Positions 1-11,200 of a stretch of 64,000 bases of DNA are shown here, in pieces. Location of the stretch: assembly GCA_000165345.1 (NCBI GenBank), contig CM000430.1, forward strand, positions 384,001 through 448,000. The letters are read 5' to 3'. The stretch's first letter is position 1. Every line of letters begins with the position of its first letter. Below the pieces are notes generated by a model, which saw only the letters and a program-made list of their open reading frames with translations, was not told the DNA's origin and made no database searches. A program made the translations under genes and the position numbers.

Positions 1-1076
1 AAACAGATTCATTAGACAATGAACTATTCATTAATAGAAGCAATTTTGAACAGATCAAGAGTTCTGATGATATAAAGTTTATAGATAGTTTAAATTCTGA
101 ATCAATGCTTGCTTTAGATTTCTCTTCATTAGAAGCATTAAAATTAAATAAGTTTATTCAATACCATGAAGTTTCTAATACTCATAGTAATTCGTTCTTT
201 CAAGAAAACATGGATTTGTTGAAGAAAAATGATACTGGAAATCCAAGCTCGATCACGATAATTAAGGGGTTACTTGATACAATTGCAGCATTAATATCAC
301 ATATACCTAACATTGGCTTCCAACCTTGCTTAATAAATTATTTGTCCGTATTTTTGATGTATATGGACCCTCCTAGCGCATTTAAATGTATGTTAAATCT
401 GATAAATTCTTTTGATTTTCTTTTTATTTCAAGCGACATAACTTCAAATTCATTTGAAAGCATTGACAAATGTTCAATTGGATTGCTATCAGAACCTTCA
501 ACTGGAAGTCTCCTTTTAAATTCACATTATCATAATCAATTTTTATATAATGATAATATTTGGATTTTGTTTTCTCATATTTTCCAAAGCTTTGTATATT
601 CAAAATTACCACAGCTGTACCAGCACTTGTTATATACGATTGGTATACATTTCGAAAGTGTAGTTACTCCATGGTTCAGGCACATATTTATGGATACATT
701 ATCACTTCCTGTCGTACTTATCATTTGGGATAACTTTCTTTTACTTGGGTTACCTTTACTTTTTCAAGCTGGTCTTTCTTTATTAAAGCTTTGCGAACCA
801 CAACTTTTGAAGTGTGAAAACATTTTGGATACTTTGAATCTTTTATTAAATAACTGCGACTATAACTCATTCGTGATAAAGGCAGATTCATTTACAAATA
901 CATTGAGAGAAATGCAGAAAGTATGTGACATTACAGAGATCACGTCTATTACTTCACAATACAAGTTGATTGAACAAAAAAGATGGATATTGAGGAATCA
1001 ACAATCGGTTAGGAACTATCTTCTTAGTCAAGGCTATTACTGTACCTCGACTCCCAACACTCCGAAAGGAAGATAG
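1..1076 (+). CDS. TBC-domain Rab-GAP-like protein, C-terminal portion; 5' end lies outside the window
   Basis: Frame 3 is open from the window edge to the stop at 1074-1076. The region around GFQPCLINYLSVFLMYMD, then ...WFRHIFMDTLSLPVVLIIWDNFLLLG...LSLLKLCEPQLLKCE, resembles the second half of a TBC domain (YxQ finger region through the C-terminal helices). No arginine-finger motif is visible in the window. Confidence 0.4.
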   Translation, partial: TDSLDNELFINRSNFEQIKSSDDIKFIDSLNSESMLALDFSSLEALKLNKFIQYHEVSNTHSNSFFQENMDLLKKNDTGNPSSITIIKGLLDTIAALISHIPNIGFQPCLINYLSVFLMYMDPPSAFKCMLNLINSFDFLFISSDITSNSFESIDKCSIGLLSEPSTGSLLLNSHYHNQFLYNDNIWILFSHIFQSFVYSKLPQLYQHLLYTIGIHFESVVTPWFRHIFMDTLSLPVVLIIWDNFLLLGLPLLFQAGLSLLKLCEPQLLKCENILDTLNLLLNNCDYNSFVIKADSFTNTLREMQKVCDITEITSITSQYKLIEQKRWILRNQQSVRNYLLSQGYYCTSTPNTPKGR

Positions 1077-1317
1077 CTCGCAAAATATATCTCTGCTCAA
1101 ACTGCCATCCACTAGAAAATCTATGTTTGCAAAATAAAATAAGAAATCGCATGTTTACAAAATTAAAGGCCTCTCTATCCTTTCTAAAAAAAACTAAGCC
1201 AGATTAGCTTGATTAACCTAACTTATTCGACTAAAAAGTTCTTAGACTCTAAAAATGCTCATATAAAATTTCTATTATGAAACCATATCGAAGGTCATTA
1301 GGACTTGCCATAGGGGC

Positions 1318-2259
1318 TTAATTTTTAACTTTATATACGTAAATATTCGAGTCTGTTGAACCAGCAAATAGCGTTTTACCGTCATTTGACCAGGTTAGTG
1401 AGACGCACCATGGCAAACCATTCTTTATTGGAGCTGGTGGAGCGAATTCTGCAACTGGTAATTTGTGCTCCAATTCCCAGATACGTATGCACTTATCAGT
1501 TGCAGCGCATAACCAATAGTTACAAGGCGAGAAGCAAAGCGCATTTATTGAGTGGTTGGCATCCAATGAATACAGATGTTTACCTTCACTTACATCCCAT
1601 AGCATGACAACGCCATCTTTACCTCCAGAAGCGCATAAGGAACCATCCGGAGCAATAGTGACAGTGTATAATACAGAAGAGTGGCCCACTAGATTGCATG
1701 TTGGCTTGAATTCATGACTCCAAACCTTGACTATCTTATCCCATCCACAAGAAACAAACAAAGGCTGGCTTGTTGAAGGTGAAAAACGCACACATGATAC
1801 CCAGTCGTTGTGCTGACCATCTAGAAGAGTATACATACAAACTCCCATTGCATTCCAAACCTTAATAGTGTGATCGCGCGACCCTGAGATAATCTGTCTG
1901 TTATCTGGCGATAATGCAACAGAAAATACATCAGAAGTGTGACCAACGAAGTTACGGACTGATTTCCCTGCATTAACATCAAATAATCTTAGGGTTTTAT
2001 CGCAGGAGCCAGATACAACATAAGACCCATCGCTTGAAACTGCAACATCATTAACCGCTTGGTTGTGGCCTGTTAGACGAGTTTTGGCCGAACCTATCGA
2101 GTGCTGATCCTTATTAGCATCACTTAAGTTCCATACAAGGACGCTTTTGTCACGACTTGCAGAAACTACAATATCTGAGTTATCAGGAGGAGCTGCTATT
2201 GATGTTACCCAATCAGAATGACCTGATAGACACCCAATGTATTCTAACGAACTTTCCAT
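1318..2259 (-). CDS. RACK1: RACK1 / guanine nucleotide-binding protein beta-subunit-like (7 WD40 repeats)
   Basis: 313-aa intronless ORF with ATG at 2259-2257. Characteristic RACK1 strings are present: GHSDWVTSIA, SASRDKSVLVW, TRLTGHNQAVNDVAVSSDGSYVVSGSCDKTLRLFD, FSPSTSQPLFVSCGWDKIVKVW. Confidence 0.9.
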   Translation of the reverse strand: MESSLEYIGCLSGHSDWVTSIAAPPDNSDIVVSASRDKSVLVWNLSDANKDQHSIGSAKTRLTGHNQAVNDVAVSSDGSYVVSGSCDKTLRLFDVNAGKSVRNFVGHTSDVFSVALSPDNRQIISGSRDHTIKVWNAMGVCMYTLLDGQHNDWVSCVRFSPSTSQPLFVSCGWDKIVKVWSHEFKPTCNLVGHSSVLYTVTIAPDGSLCASGGKDGVVMLWDVSEGKHLYSLDANHSINALCFSPCNYWLCAATDKCIRIWELEHKLPVAEFAPPAPIKNGLPWCVSLTWSNDGKTLFAGSTDSNIYVYKVKN

Positions 2260-2706
2260 TGTAAAAACTTCACAAACTTAAACTTTGTGCTCCAGGCTCT
2301 ATTTACTACGTTAATAGACGATTCAGTCAATTTTCTTCTCAGCTCTTCAATGAGACGTCTTTGCAGTTTTATAAAGACACGACAAGTACAAACTTAAAAA
2401 ATGACTTGTCGAATAATAATATATTATAAAATCACTTTTATTATTGCTGTCTCAAAAGTACCCGCCATGGAGATTAAATAATGTTGCGCTATATTTTGAC
2501 TGAAGTTATCATAAAATTAATTAATAAGAAAATTCAACTCGTTTGAAAATGTAAATATTCTTACAAAAGAGAATTTTCAATATTCTTAGGCGGCAGCTAC
2601 ATGTATTTTATTTTTGCATGTATTTGCAAGTATTACAAAGTTTGAATTAATAGTTTTTTTAGTTGCAGAATTTAGATATATGATTTAGTACTTTCCTGAA
2701 AATACA

Positions 2707-4056
2707 ATGGATTTCAAAAAATACGAATTAATTAAAGAAATAGGGAGCGGAACTTTTGGTAAGTAGTTGTTTTGTGAAATTGTATCAAAGTTATTAGTTT
2801 AGGCCGCGTTTGGATGGCAAAAGATTTTGATAGCAATGAGTTTGTGGCAATAAAAAGAAGGCCGAAATGGCAAAATATCGTAAGGTATGTTTTGGAGTCG
2901 CTTTCTTAATTGATCAATCATTATTTTTATCAGCCGCGAAGTTGAGGCGATGGAGGCAGTTAAAGGAGAAAGGGGGATTGTACAAATTAAAGGATGTTTT
3001 TATAGTTTAACGCCAGGAGGAATAATAATGCAAAACATTGTAATGCCATTAATGACAAAAAGTTTAGGCGTTTTTATTAGAGAGAATAGGGCATTAAGAA
3101 AGCAAAACTCATCACATAGAATATCTCCAGAATTGGTGAAAAATCTTTCATTTCAAATTGTTAATGGCTTAGCTGCATTACATTCATCTGGATATACTCA
3201 CCGTGATTTCAAGCCAGACAATATTTTATTGATGGATACAGATGACAGTGAAAGAAAGTTTCCTACAATTAATATTTGCGATTTAGGTAAGTTGTAATTT
3301 GATTGGTTGCTATTAATTTTCCTTAGGGTCTTCAAAAAAACTGTTGAATAACAGTATTCACATGCCTTATGTGGTAAGCAGATTTTACAGAGTAAGTTTG
3401 CATCTGAAAAATAGTAAATGTAAATTCTTTCAAGGCACCAGAATTATTACTAGGAAGCTGCGATTACAATGAGAAAATTGATATTTGGGGTAGGTGCGGA
3501 TTATTTTTGTGATTAAATATCATTTTCTTTAGCTTTGGGTTGCATTCTTGCTGAACTATTGGCACTTGATCCTATTTTTGTTGGTAAGTATATGAAAATA
3601 GAATTGCATTAAAAATCAATTTCTTAGGCCGATGCCCAGACAAATATAGAGACAATAAAGTTAATTATAACAAACAAGGAGTTGATGAACCATTTCAAAT
3701 CCTGAAGATTATTGAAGTATTGGGGAGTCCCAACTCAAATGATATAGAATTAATTAAAAAAACGGTTCCTAAATCAATAATTAAGGTACTAGATGAATGC
3801 CTTCTTAAATCTGAAGTTTCCTCAATCTCATGGTTGGAAATATTTGAAGGATTTTTCACAGACGGGTATGTTTTAATCAATTATTTCTTTAATTTACATT
3901 TTTTTAGAGAAAGATTACTAGTAGAAATTATTTCGAATTGTATTCAATGGAATCCTACTAAAAGGCCATCAGTAAGTTGAATGATAAATATCTACAAATG
4001 AATTAAAGTTGCTTAAGGCCATTGAAATATTGAAGAGTAAATATTTTGAAAATTAA
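2707..4056 (+). CDS. CMGC-group cyclin-dependent-kinase-like Ser/Thr kinase, 9 exons
   Basis: Exons (my count): 2707-2758, 2803-2884, 2934-3286, 3327-3391, 3435-3489, 3533-3583, 3628-3865, 3908-3971, 4018-4056. All eight introns are GT(A/G)(A/G)GT...AG and 40-49 nt long. The phases join into one frame: MDFKKYELIKEIGSGTFG|RVWMAKD..FVAIKR..|..HRDFKPDNILL..ICDLG|GSS..YVVSRFYR|APELLLG..DIW|ALGCILAEL..|..NPTKRPS|AIEILKSKYFEN. This gives kinase subdomains I, II, VIb, VII, VIII, IX and a CDK-like C-terminus. The ORF-track fragments 2950-3297 and 3720-3980 are internal pieces of this gene. Confidence 0.75.
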
Positions 4057-4178
4057 ATTTATTTTTGGATTACTATTCTCGCATAATTGCATTGTGGGGT
4101 TTTAGTTTTGCGCTTTTTTATTTGCATGCCAAAAAAACTTGATTATTATTAAATTTAGAATAATAGTTTTTTAACAAC

Positions 4179-5063
4179 ATGGATTCAGAGTTAGAAGGTG
4201 TATTAGGAATTTCTGTTGAGAGTCGGAAACTACATTTAAGTAAGTTATGTTTCTTTTGCTTAATATATGCAGATTAAAAATTAGAAAAAATTTATAAGGA
4301 AATTGGCGAAATTTTGTTAAAAGTAAAGGAGCTTACTGAAATTGATAGTGCTGCAGAAATGTTTGATTATTCAAAGAGAATAGAACATTTGATGACAAAT
4401 TTTGAACAAATTAGCAGAATTAATGATGAAAATAAATTGGTGAAGAATATTTTAATTAAAGAAATATCCGGCATTGAAGGCAACATCGAAATGCTTAAAT
4501 TGGAGTTCTATAGGATTTCAAGCCGACTTTCTGATTCACTTAAAGAGAAGGATTACTTAGAGTATGAATTGAACAAACTCAAAAATAAGTACAAATCAAC
4601 CAACGATGAGTTGAACGAAATAAGAAATAAATTATCAGCAAGAAACGAAGAATACGATGAATTTAAAAAACTAAATGAATGCATGAGAAAGGAGGTCGAG
4701 GATTTAGAGCTGGCAATAACCTTGGAGGAGAACGCAATTTCTGAAAAGAGAAAGGAACTAAAAAACCTGGAAATGGTCAGCATCGGAAAGGAAACAGAAA
4801 TAAGAAAACTTGACAAATTGGCCTCCCAGACTATTTCGGAATTAAAAAGGAAAGTCAAGATAAGAGAGATAATTGAAGACAAAGTAAACGCCCCATCACG
4901 TTCCATCCCAGTAAAAGTTCGCCACGTAAATAAAGAAAGCAAAAATTCCAACCATAAAGATTTCAAAGATCAAAACAAAATACTGATAAATGAACGAGGA
5001 AAGTTGTGCAGTTCATTACAAAACATAAAAATAAAAAGAATAATGGCGCAACACATTATATGA
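4179..5063 (+). CDS. Coiled-coil protein of unknown function; the 5' exon is tentative
   Basis: The ORF 4314-5063 is Lys/Glu/Leu-rich with heptad-like periodicity (ELNKLKNKYKSTNDELNEIRNKL...). Upstream, ATG 4179 begins MDSELEGVLGISVESRKLHL, then GTAAGT at 4240 and an acceptor AG at 4283-4284, giving a 45-nt intron that joins in frame to KKIYKEIGEILLKVKELTE. The alternative is a start at the internal Met near 4359. Confidence 0.4.
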
Positions 5064-5070
5064 GGGATCA

Positions 5071-6078
5071 TTAGCCACTTAATATCGGCTTAGCTTCCTT
5101 TTGATGCAAAACTTCTACTGACTTGTTATTTTCCAATCTTACTTTAAAATCCTTTATAGTTTCCTTGATTCCTGTTTTAATATCTACCGTTGGTTTCCAA
5201 TTTAAGATTCTAATTGCTCTGGAAATATCAGGTTGTCTTTTTTTAGGATCATCCATTGGAAACTTTCTGTGCGATATTTTTAAATTAGGGTCAACAAGTT
5301 CACGAATTATTTCGCCTAGTTCTAATATCGAGATTTCATTAGGATTTCCTAAATTAATTGGCATGTTGTCTAAAATCTTCTCCCTATCTAATTTCATTAG
5401 TTTATAGAGCCCATCAACCATATCAGTAATATAACAGAAACTCCTTGTCTGCGTTCCGTCCCCATAAATAGGCAATTCTTGATTGAGCAGTGATGAGAGA
5501 ATAAAGTTTGAGACTACCCTACCATCATTAAACAGCATTTTAGGACCATATGTATTAAAGATTCGAGCTATTCTTACATCAACACCATGATTTCTATAAT
5601 ATTCCATACAGAGAGTTTCCGCGATTCGTTTCCCCTCATCATAACAGCTTCTGGTTCCAACCGTGTTTACGTTTCCGTAATAAGATTCATTTTGGGGATG
5701 AACTAATGGGTCACCATAAATTTCTGATGTAGAAGCAAATACAACTTTTGAGTTTGTTCTTTTGGCTAACCCTAAAATATTCATAGTTCCAATAAAGCAT
5801 GTCTTTAACGTGTAGATCGGATCCTTTTGATAGTGAATGGGAGATGCCGGGCATGCAAGGTGATAGATTTCTTTGACTTCTAGCTTGATACTATCAATAA
5901 TATCGTGTCGAATAATTTCTAGCCTAGGGTTTTCTCTACACTGGCCAATATTAATCACATCCCCACTGAAGAAGTTATCCAGAGCAAGGACATAATAGCC
6001 CTTACTCAACAGATACTCAACTAGATGAGAGCCAATAAACCCAGAGGCTCCAGTTACAAGAACAGTAATATCTGACAT
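5071..6078 (-). CDS. UXS: UDP-glucuronate decarboxylase / UDP-xylose synthase-like NAD-dependent epimerase-dehydratase
   Basis: 335-aa intronless ORF. VLVTGASGFIGSHLV is the Rossmann GxxGxxG motif. LDNFFSG, YHLACPASP, KTCFIGTMNILGLAKR, YDEGKRIAETLCMEY (catalytic YxxxK), VRIARIFNTYGP and NDGRVVSNFI align closely with the UXS1 family. Confidence 0.85.
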   Translation of the reverse strand: MSDITVLVTGASGFIGSHLVEYLLSKGYYVLALDNFFSGDVINIGQCRENPRLEIIRHDIIDSIKLEVKEIYHLACPASPIHYQKDPIYTLKTCFIGTMNILGLAKRTNSKVVFASTSEIYGDPLVHPQNESYYGNVNTVGTRSCYDEGKRIAETLCMEYYRNHGVDVRIARIFNTYGPKMLFNDGRVVSNFILSSLLNQELPIYGDGTQTRSFCYITDMVDGLYKLMKLDREKILDNMPINLGNPNEISILELGEIIRELVDPNLKISHRKFPMDDPKKRQPDISRAIRILNWKPTVDIKTGIKETIKDFKVRLENNKSVEVLHQKEAKPILSG

Positions 6079-6146
6079 TTTTCTTTGTATTTAAATTTGG
6101 AATTTGAAAATAACTCTCCCAGAGCAAAAAAAATGGGAAATCAAAT

Positions 6147-6231
6147 AGCGCGCGCCCTCACCCACATGATACCATAGCGCCATAGGCGGCAAAATGTGTG
6201 TAGAGTGTGTGGGTATCTTTCGCGTTTCCCC
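6147..6231. promoter_or_regulatory. Cluster of GC-rich motifs in the divergent UXS / MORN promoter (AGCGCGCGCCC, AGCGCCATAGGCGGCAAAAT, TTTCGCGTTTCCCC)
   Basis: Three GC islands within 85 bp in an otherwise AT-rich intergenic region. GCGCCAT and GGCGGCAA recur in other promoters in the window. TTTCGCG is E2F-like. Confidence 0.4.
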
Positions 6232-6430
6232 ACATGTCGAAAAATTGTAATATTCAACTTTGTAGAACAATTTCAAGTAATATAAACTTTGAGTGGTGAG
6301 ACTTTTTCATCTGTAACCATAAATCATTTCTACTTCCCAGATTTTAAAGTTCTTATCACCATTCACAAGCTATTGAATATAAATAAGGTAACATTCTGAG
6401 TGAATTATTGATTGACTTGCATAATTTAAT

Positions 6431-8035
6431 ATGGGAGGTTGTAAATCAAAGGCCGATAAGCATATTGAAAATAGGGAGATTCCACAAGCCCCAGAATTGA
6501 GAGTTGAAAAACGGCCTTTAGTTGAACTTCAGGATAAGATTACATACGAGGGTGAATGGTTAGGGGACAATAAACATGGATATGGAATTCAGAAGTGGCC
6601 AGATGGTGCCGTTTTTGAGGGAAACTTTGTCAATGGAACAGCAAACGGATACGGAGTATTCATTCATACTGATGGCGATAAATATGAGGGCGAATGGCAG
6701 AATGATAGAGCTCATGGCCATGGCACATATACGCACTCTGATGGAAGTAAATATGTAGGCGAATGGAAAAATGACAAAAAACATGGTAGGGCTATTGAGA
6801 GCTGGGTTGATGGTAGTAATTTTGAAGGAAGTTATGCATATGGCCTTAAACAAGGTTTTGGGAAATTTTCATGGCATGATGGTTCAAAGTATATTGGTAA
6901 CTTCGACGCAAACCAAATTAATGGCTTTGGAATCTATCATTGGAATGATGGGAGAGTATATACGGGCTATTGGCTAAAAAATCATATGTTTGGTTATGGC
7001 AAATTTGATTGGACCGATCATAGATGCTATGAAGGACAATACATAAATGATAAAAAAGATGGTGATGGCAAGTTTACATGGCCAGACGGTCGAGCATATA
7101 TTGGTCAATGGAAGAATGGAAAACAACATGGAATTGGTATATTTTATAATATTAAAAAGGAAGGTAAGGTTGGAGAATGGAGAGATGGAAGTAGGTTGAG
7201 GTGGATAAAATCTTCTCTAGAGAATGGCGAGTTGGTCGGGGAGGGTTTGAGTTTAAGAGAAGAATATTCTAAGCAAAGGGAAGAGCTTTTGAAAGCAAAT
7301 GATTTGTATGAAAACTATAGAAAACTTCCAAAGAATGATTTGGAGCTCCAGCAAATGAGGATATTACAAAAATTCGATGAGTACCTACTCACTTTGAGTG
7401 ACTCAGAAAAGAGTTTGGAATCAAATAAACAAGCCGCATCAGATACTTTGGTAGATTCTAATAATATTGTTACACAATTGAAGAATAACGATTCTGCCCT
7501 TGAAAACAAACATCAGGAAATGGAGAACGCTGATGGCGGAAATGAGCAGTTGAATACGGAAAGTTTGCAGATAGAAGAAACAAAAAATGAACAAGAAAAT
7601 TGTGGTGGTTCAGAGAATGTTGTTGAATATACTGCTGACTTAAGCCTTGTTGAGGAAAGCAGTGACAAAGAGGAAAAGCCTATTAGCGCCCCTCTCATAC
7701 AAGAAGACGCTCAAATCAATACAGAATTAGTGGATCAAGTTCAGGTAGACAGTAACAAAGATCGTGGGATGACTGGTGGAAATTCTGCTTTAGACTTATT
7801 AGACTGTTCTGAGAATAAAGGAGAGATCTTGGAAAATTCTGGTGCAGATAGTTCTGACTCAAAATTGGATAACTTGGAGGTTAAACCTTGTAATAATGAA
7901 GATATACAAATATCGGAACAAGAGATCAAAGGAGATTTAGTAGAAAATATAGGTTCAGAATTGAAAGCTAATTCACTGACTGAAAAGGAATTGGAAGATA
8001 TAGCTGAAAATAAAGGGTTAGAAGATTCAAAATAG
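6431..8035 (+). CDS. MORN-repeat protein with an N-terminal dual-acylation motif and an acidic C-terminal tail
   Basis: Begins MGGCKSK (Gly2 / Cys4 / Ser6). There are about 10 tandem MORN repeats (YEGEWLGDNKHGYG, FEGNFVNGTANGYG, YEGEWQNDRAHGHG, YVGEWKNDKKHGRA ... YIGQWKNGKQHGIG). A roughly 260-aa Glu/Asp/Ser-rich tail follows. Confidence 0.85.
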   Translation: MGGCKSKADKHIENREIPQAPELRVEKRPLVELQDKITYEGEWLGDNKHGYGIQKWPDGAVFEGNFVNGTANGYGVFIHTDGDKYEGEWQNDRAHGHGTYTHSDGSKYVGEWKNDKKHGRAIESWVDGSNFEGSYAYGLKQGFGKFSWHDGSKYIGNFDANQINGFGIYHWNDGRVYTGYWLKNHMFGYGKFDWTDHRCYEGQYINDKKDGDGKFTWPDGRAYIGQWKNGKQHGIGIFYNIKKEGKVGEWRDGSRLRWIKSSLENGELVGEGLSLREEYSKQREELLKANDLYENYRKLPKNDLELQQMRILQKFDEYLLTLSDSEKSLESNKQAASDTLVDSNNIVTQLKNNDSALENKHQEMENADGGNEQLNTESLQIEETKNEQENCGGSENVVEYTADLSLVEESSDKEEKPISAPLIQEDAQINTELVDQVQVDSNKDRGMTGGNSALDLLDCSENKGEILENSGADSSDSKLDNLEVKPCNNEDIQISEQEIKGDLVENIGSELKANSLTEKELEDIAENKGLEDSK

Positions 8036-8208
8036 GATAAGAACAGGTAAATAGCGAAACAATAGATTTGAATTATATGTATATGAATTTAGTTTCGTTG
8101 TAGGAAGTTTTTTTGTAAATTTGAGATTAAAAGCATTAATACTAGTATTTTTTTTAACAATTTATTTGCGCGGATTTCTTTTTAGTTCAATTTAATAAAA
8201 TTTTATTC

Positions 8209-11200
8209 ATGTCATTTCATATTGAACAGAAGTCACTATCGTTTGAGTTGTGGGAATACTTCTATAATGACGGAGATGAAAGGCTCATTTCTAGTGATTG
8301 TTTTCAACAATCTACCGAAAACAAGTATTCTAGGCTTGTATTTGCACTTGTATCACTTTTGAATGGTAAAGATATGAAACAAAATTACTTAAAGGATTTC
8401 CACCTGGAAAAAAGTACAGCAGAGCTATATGAGATTTGTAAATACGATACTTTTTCAACAAAAAATTCAGATGATAAATGTATTTTCAATTTATTCAGCA
8501 AGCTCAAACAACATGTTGGCGATTTAAATACATGTTTTGTTGGAATAAATGAGTTCGAGTCTTTAATCAATTTTCCAGAAATTAATGAGAAATACATAGT
8601 ATATTTAATATTTTGGGTTGTAGTTAAATTTTTTGAAAGTATAAAGATTGTTGAAAGTGATAGAGAATTTAATCAAATTGTCACTTGTTATTTGAATTTA
8701 GCATACAATATTGATCATTTAATTTGGGATTTAATTGTATCAGATTATATACTTTCATTAAGAAAAAAAGGAATTATTGATGTTAATTCAATTACTATCG
8801 AGTTGAATGACGAAGTAGAATCACTTTTTTTTTTATTAGTGAGCCCATATAGTATTTGTCCGACTTTATGCAGCTTATTCTTATTGTTAAAATCAAAAGT
8901 AATCAGAAGCAGGTTTAAATATATTAATGAAAATTGCTTCTTTGTTTCAGTTATAAATCAAATTGTTAAATTGATCGCAAATACTTTGAAGGAGATTAGC
9001 CCAGATATGGCAGAGCTTTCTTTTACAATAACTGTATGCAGAATGATTTCAAATATATCGTACGATTTTAATAATGAGCTAATTCAGCAACTATATCTAT
9101 TAAGGGATTACCAAAAATGCATGATTCCAGGTTTAAAGAGAATAAATCCAATATTTGTCGACAGGTTCATTTTATATAGTTTCATTTCAATTGAACAATT
9201 TTGGATAAAAATTTCTAAGGATGAAGGATTTTTTTCATCAATAATAAACCACATTCCTCCATTAGAACTTTCAACTTCAATTATATCTCTCATGAATCCA
9301 TATAAAGAATTTTCCAAATACATAGTTATTTTAATTGTTCTTTTCTCATTGAATAATCAATTATCTAATACAGGTAATGTAAGTAAACACGCGATAGAGA
9401 TTATGAAAAAGTTAGTAGAAAATCCCAAAGAGCCTGTTGAAATACTATTAAAATATTTTCTATTCCCAGATTATACAAGAGATTCAAGCGCAAAATCAAA
9501 TTTATATATATTTTTCAGACTTTTATCAAATAATATTTGCAATTCTTCAGTTTCCTTGGGCATAGTGAAAAGCATCTGCAACTTGATTCAAATACACTAT
9601 TTTCCATTATCTGAAACATTTCTTTACAATTATTTGGAATCATTCCCCAAATTAGTTAAATTATGTAATGTAGACAAAGAAACCTCTAGATTTGATGATG
9701 AAATAAAATTAAATCTCTTGAGCTTAATGAATTTTGAAGGATGTATACTAATAGATGAAATGTACTGGCTTAATTCGAGCCTTGTACATGTATTATTAAA
9801 TGAGATTAATATTGAGTTTGAACATATTTTGCCATTTATTCATTCCATTTCTTTAAGTATAATGAATATACAATCTACCATAAACAATCAAATTTTTGCT
9901 AACTATGGTTATCCAATTAATAAAGTTAAAACTTCACAAAATAAAAGCAATTTCAAGGTTAATGAATTACATTGCCAGAAAATCATTAAATCTTCAAATT
10001 TTTTATTTAAAACGAAAAATATTGACATTATAATAATATTAATATTAGACCACATATCCGATTGGATTAAAAAGAATGATAAATGTATTTCTTTTGAATG
10101 GTTATTAAAGCAATCAACCTTATTCATTAATTTGAATATAAATAATGAATATGTGCAAGGATACTTCTCAATATTTTTTATTTATTTGTTTTCAAGAATA
10201 ATTGAAGCAGATAAATTAGATAGAAAGTTAATAACAATAAACTTTCATATTATCCCCTGGAAGGGGATATTAAGGTGGATTGATTCTTGGGAGGGAGTAT
10301 TTCTTCAGAGTGTATTAAACCCTAGAACCTGGAGGGTGATATTCTCTGAAATTACTGCAATAATTATCCCAGAATCTCTTATAATACCATCAATTCCAAA
10401 CAGTTTTTCTGAGATTCAGTCTCAGTATTTTTCTCTGAGTAATGTAAATCCTTTTAAAGAAAAAATAAATTTATGGTTAAAGGATCGTAAGAGTTTGTTA
10501 GAATCTCTAAAAAGTAAAGTAACAACATTAGGAAGCGTTAAGTCTACGTTAAAATGGCTTGAAATGTTTTATTTTGAACCAAATATGGCAGTTTATTTTA
10601 CACTAGAATGCATTTTTATACGCGAATCAGTTTATGTTAAAGAACAGCACTTTCAAGAATTATACTTTGAGATATGTTCAAATGAAGCAAAACTTAGAGA
10701 ATTTATTACAAATCCTGATACATATATCAAAAATATTAGTAACTATCTATCTGAAGAGAGTTCAATTGAAATAATTTGCAATATTTCGCTTATAATGCTT
10801 TATTTTCATGAAGTAATAAAACACAAAAACCCTATTATTAACCATTTTCAGAGTGTGGATTTTGATATTTTTTGTATTATCTGGAACAAATATGTAAATT
10901 ATAGTAGAACCGAAAGTCAATTAACAAGTAGACAGATTTCAATATTTTTTTCCAACATTTTCTGTAGAAATACAAATATTGCTCAGCAAATTGTAGAACA
11001 AGGATTTCAATATAAAAGTCTCAATAATCGTATTGATTTCAATGTTTATCTCGAAAGAACACGCTCATTTATTGATAGAATTTGCTATATTACACCACAA
11101 ATACTCTGTGAGCATACTATTCTACCAAAAATAGCAAATAAGTTGGACAAACTGCTGAATACAAGATCACTTATTGAATTGTGGGGAAAATACAACGTAA

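Noticed and set aside
424-10127. Many 60-140-aa ORFs from the track embedded in or antisense to larger genes (for example 424-612, 1356-1607, 4553-4966, 6560-6977, 7315-7929, 8385-8597, 9108-9323, 9909-10127, and similar ones downstream)
   Set aside because: Each is shorter than and overlapped by a well-supported gene on the other strand or frame. AT-rich sequence yields such ORFs by chance (few TGA/TAG). No motifs were seen.
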